Source of the DNA: Polyangiales bacterium
GTDB taxonomy: Bacteria; Myxococcota_A; Polyangia; Polyangiales; Polyangiaceae
Direction of reading: 5' to 3'
NCBI GenBank assembly: GCA_038231275.1
Contig: JBBRLQ010000051.1
Span: forward strand, 1-31,957
Length of the DNA stretch: 31,957 nt
The notes beneath the pieces were generated by a model. It worked only from the letters and a program-made list of their open reading frames with translations, had not been told where the DNA came from and did not search any database. This document shows, piece by piece, positions 28,969 through 31,957 of this stretch (positions are counted from its first letter, which is position 1; each line of letters opens with the position of its first letter). The position numbers and the translations under genes were made by a program.

Positions 28969-30684
28969 TCAGCGCGAGCTGCTGGGGTTGTTGAATGCGC
29001 CGCGAGGGACGTCGGCCCAGAGGCACGCGGGGTCGGATCGGTTCGACGAGCATTTCTGGAGGAACGTCATCGCCGCGCCGAACTTGCTGACGTCCCAGGT
29101 CGCCTCGGTCACGCCGTCGGTGCGCGGCGGCATCCAGTGCGACGCGTCGAACGCTTTGCCAAAATCGGTGATCTTCGAATAGTACTCGTCGCCGGTCCCG
29201 GTCGACCACCGCGCGAAGTTGTCCGCGGTGTTGCCTCCGAGGCGGTGGCAGTTGTTGCACGCGCCGACCTCGTCGCTGACGAGCTGCTGCGGGATCGAGA
29301 AGCCGAGGTTGTCGGCCGCGATGATGCTGTACGGCGCGTCGATCTGGCTGACCGCAAAGTCCGGGTTTTCGCCCATCTTGGGCACCACGGTGGTCCCGTC
29401 GGAGCGCTTGGCGCCGTCAATCCACGGTGAGTGAACGAACGCGTCGGCCGCGTGGCAGGACCCCGAGCAGTACGATTGCACCGAGGTCGACCAAACGCTC
29501 GTCGACTTCTCGACGTCGGCGGGGTGCGGCACGTGCGCGCCGTCGCGACCGCTGCCGATGGAGTTCTGGAAGAAGCAGGTCCGCCCGGTGCGCGGGTTGT
29601 GGCCGATCATGGCCATGTCGTTGAACACGGTGGTCTTCGTCATGCCCTTGCCGTCGTCGGCGACCTTGCGGCAGAGGAGTAGCCAGTGGGTCCCGCGATC
29701 GTTCTTCGCGGTGACGACCATCGGGCCGGGCTGCACGTCACCGGTCGCGAGGAACATGCCGTGATCGGCCTTGTCCATGCAGCCGTAGGACTCCGAGTTG
29801 AGGCCGAGCTCCTTACCTGGGCTGCATTTGGTCTGCGCTTCGCCAGCGATCGTGACCGGAATCATCCCGCCCTCGACGCCGTCGATCGGACCGGTGGGGC
29901 CCGCGGCCGTCGTGCCCACGAGGTTGCGGCAGTCGAACGTGTCGTACTTTCCCGCGCCGTTCTTTTTGAAGAACGGGATCTCGCCGAGCTGCTCGACGCA
30001 GAGCTGGCCGTACTCGATCTGGCTCCGCACGTTGCTCTCGTCGATGCCGGGAGCAGGCGCGCCGCCGTCGTCGCCCGAGCGGATGCGGACGTTCTGGGTG
30101 CCCAGCGCGGCCTTCTTGTCGAGGCTCCCCTGATCCCACGCGTAGGCGAGGTTCACTTGAAGCTTGGCGAGGAACTTGTCGCCCTTCATCTTGCACGCCT
30201 CGACCACCGGCACCGAGCCGTGCTCCTTGAGGTCGGCCTTGAGCGCGGCATCGACGTCGCCGGTCGCCCAGCGCGGATCGTCGTAGACATGGAGAAGATC
30301 GATGATCGATTTGTCGACCTGCGGCCCCTGAAAGACGACCTTTCCGGCCGCGTCGCGCGCACCCGCGGTGAGGGCGTTGCCGGCGTGTGCGAGCGCGGCG
30401 CAGTCGATGTCCTTCTGCGAGAGGCGGTCGGCGCGCTCACGACGCACGCGAACGTAGATGCGCTCGCCGGCCGCGAGCTCTTGCCTCAAGGTGGCCTGCA
30501 CGGTCCCGGTCGCTTCGTCGTAACGAAGGCCGAGCCCCAGCTTGTTGTCGACGCCGAGCGCTTCGTCACCGACCGGCGGATCGTCCGCTTGCGGCGCCGC
30601 GCAGTTGACGAGCGAAGACGCGAGACCAACGCCCAGCGCGGTGAAGAGGCCGAAGGTGCCCAGGCCCATCTTGGGGAAGTGCAT
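28969..30684 (-). CDS. Lipoprotein with two putative heme-c motifs
   Basis: Lipobox LVNC; CSGSCH (29452-29469) and CNNCH (29245-29259), the latter followed by HWMPP. Confidence 0.85.
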   Translation of the reverse strand: MHFPKMGLGTFGLFTALGVGLASSLVNCAAPQADDPPVGDEALGVDNKLGLGLRYDEATGTVQATLRQELAAGERIYVRVRRERADRLSQKDIDCAALAHAGNALTAGARDAAGKVVFQGPQVDKSIIDLLHVYDDPRWATGDVDAALKADLKEHGSVPVVEACKMKGDKFLAKLQVNLAYAWDQGSLDKKAALGTQNVRIRSGDDGGAPAPGIDESNVRSQIEYGQLCVEQLGEIPFFKKNGAGKYDTFDCRNLVGTTAAGPTGPIDGVEGGMIPVTIAGEAQTKCSPGKELGLNSESYGCMDKADHGMFLATGDVQPGPMVVTAKNDRGTHWLLLCRKVADDGKGMTKTTVFNDMAMIGHNPRTGRTCFFQNSIGSGRDGAHVPHPADVEKSTSVWSTSVQSYCSGSCHAADAFVHSPWIDGAKRSDGTTVVPKMGENPDFAVSQIDAPYSIIAADNLGFSIPQQLVSDEVGACNNCHRLGGNTADNFARWSTGTGDEYYSKITDFGKAFDASHWMPPRTDGVTEATWDVSKFGAAMTFLQKCSSNRSDPACLWADVPRGAFNNPSSSR

Positions 30685-30695
30685 GGCCCCGACTC

Positions 30696-30712
30696 AGCAC
30701 ATGGCGTGCCAG
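30696..30712 (-). promoter_or_regulatory. sigma54 promoter candidate for the 30684 gene
   Basis: Minus strand CTGGCACGCCATGTGCT: perfect TGGCACG -24 box, GG-N10-GC spacing. Confidence 0.7.
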
Positions 30713-30913
30713 TCCCACTACGTACACAACTCACCTACATGGCAGGTAACAGGGGTGACCAGGATCCATGTCGTTTCGAGACGAAGTGGAATGTTTTGTT
30801 GTTATTACAGCATGTTGGTGCGTTTTTACCCCCTTGATCCAGTTCAATGTTTCACGCATCCACGTTGGGCGCGTATGTGCCCGTAGTCAGGTAAACATCG
30901 TACCTATGCCTAC

Positions 30914-30929
30914 AGGCACGCTTCCTGCT
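30914..30929 (+). promoter_or_regulatory. sigma54 promoter candidate for the 30944 gene
   Basis: AGGCACGCTTCCTGCT = GG(30915-16)-N10-GC(30927-28). Confidence 0.65.
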
Positions 30930-30943
30930 GAAGCCCGCCCACC

Positions 30944-31957
30944 ATGCGGAACCTCGGATTTGCCGCCGTCTTCACCCTGGTCGTCTTTGCCTGCTCGAGC
31001 GCTCCCACGGGGGAGCCGGAGACCGACGTGGGCGCGCTCACCGACAACGAGCTCGCGAAGTCCGCGCTCAAGATCATGGGCGCTCCTCAAGTGAGGAGCA
31101 ACACGTCGCCGCCGTCGTGCGGCTTCACCGGTTGCCACAGCATCAACCCAGTGACGCTCAACCAGTGGAACGACCAGTACAAGGCCGTGATGGCCTTCCT
31201 GGGCGGGAGCTCCTCGACCAGCGACAAGGTGAACTACTTCCGCCAGAATCCGGTCGACGATCGCACCGGCTTCACGCCCGAGCGCATCGGCATCATGGCC
31301 GCCGGCGTCCACCTCGCCCTCGGCGCCAACGTCGATGCGACGCGCCACCCCGAGACGTTCAAGCAGGGCAAGATGCTCGCGGATCTCTTCCAGGGACAGG
31401 ACGATCTCTACGCGAACTTCCGCGGCGAGATGCTCATGCCGGTGCTGCCGCAGTTCTCGCGCCTCTCGGCGGTCGAGTACGAGACGATCCTCACGTGGTT
31501 CAAGAAGGGGATGCCCCAGCTCGCCGAGATCATCCGCGAGAACCGGCCGACCGAGTGCAACGACGACTTCGACGGCCTCCGCGCGCACGCGAGCGAAGTG
31601 AAGGGCGCCAACTGGTCCGCGCAGAACAAGAGCAACGGCCTCGCGATGCTCGGCTGCGATCCCGGCATGACGAGCCCGACGCAGTGCCTCGCCGCCCAGC
31701 GCGACGGCAAAGACGTCTTCCCCAAGGCGGCCGACACCGACTTCGCGCGGGGATGGGCGCTCGAGGGGTCCACCATTCGCGTCATGCGTCAGCTCACGTC
31801 GCCCAACTCGTTCTGGATGCGCTCTTCGGCCGATGGCCGCTTCGTCGCCACGGGCGGCGGGCAGAGCGGCGGCGCGCAGGCGGTCGATCTCCAGGCGACG
31901 CTCGACGGCGTGTCGCGCGACATCGGCCTGAAGGCCAGCTACGACCCGGATTTCTGG
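30944..31957 (+). CDS. Lipoprotein with atypical CX4CH cytochrome-c-like region (partial, runs off the right edge)
   Basis: Manual translation, open for 338 codons: MRNLGFAAVFTLVVFAC (lipobox VFAC)...CGFTGCH...MLMPVLPQFSRLSAVEYETILTWFKKGMP...WMRSSADGRFVA. Absent from the ORF track. Confidence 0.88.
   Translation, partial: MRNLGFAAVFTLVVFACSSAPTGEPETDVGALTDNELAKSALKIMGAPQVRSNTSPPSCGFTGCHSINPVTLNQWNDQYKAVMAFLGGSSSTSDKVNYFRQNPVDDRTGFTPERIGIMAAGVHLALGANVDATRHPETFKQGKMLADLFQGQDDLYANFRGEMLMPVLPQFSRLSAVEYETILTWFKKGMPQLAEIIRENRPTECNDDFDGLRAHASEVKGANWSAQNKSNGLAMLGCDPGMTSPTQCLAAQRDGKDVFPKAADTDFARGWALEGSTIRVMRQLTSPNSFWMRSSADGRFVATGGGQSGGAQAVDLQATLDGVSRDIGLKASYDPDFW

Overview
High-GC bacterial chromosome segment whose gene content (MglA-family GTPase, Hanks kinase/TPR-PEGA/lipoprotein module, many Cys-rich lipoproteins) points to Myxococcota, most likely Polyangiaceae-like (inference). 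Left end: 5' part of atpD, divergent from dnaG-rpoD. Middle: exported proteins (Cys-rich lipoprotein, FGE/SUMF1-fold protein, C2-like membrane protein, TolB-like lipoprotein), then a minus-strand envelope cluster (CpsB/CapC phosphatase, nucleotide-sugar dehydrogenase, degenerate Ser/Thr pseudokinase, LPG-synthase-TM protein) divergent from an extended MglA-like GTPase. Further right: aldehyde dehydrogenase, MFS transporter, a kinase-TPR/PEGA-lipoprotein triad, glgP, a YheT-like hydrolase, and two divergent lipoproteins with atypical heme-c motifs behind back-to-back sigma54-type promoters. Two real genes (atpD; the lipoprotein from 30944) run off the window and are missing from the ORF track. 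No tRNA, rRNA, CRISPR array or mobile element was seen. All calls come from reading motifs by eye; no searches were run.
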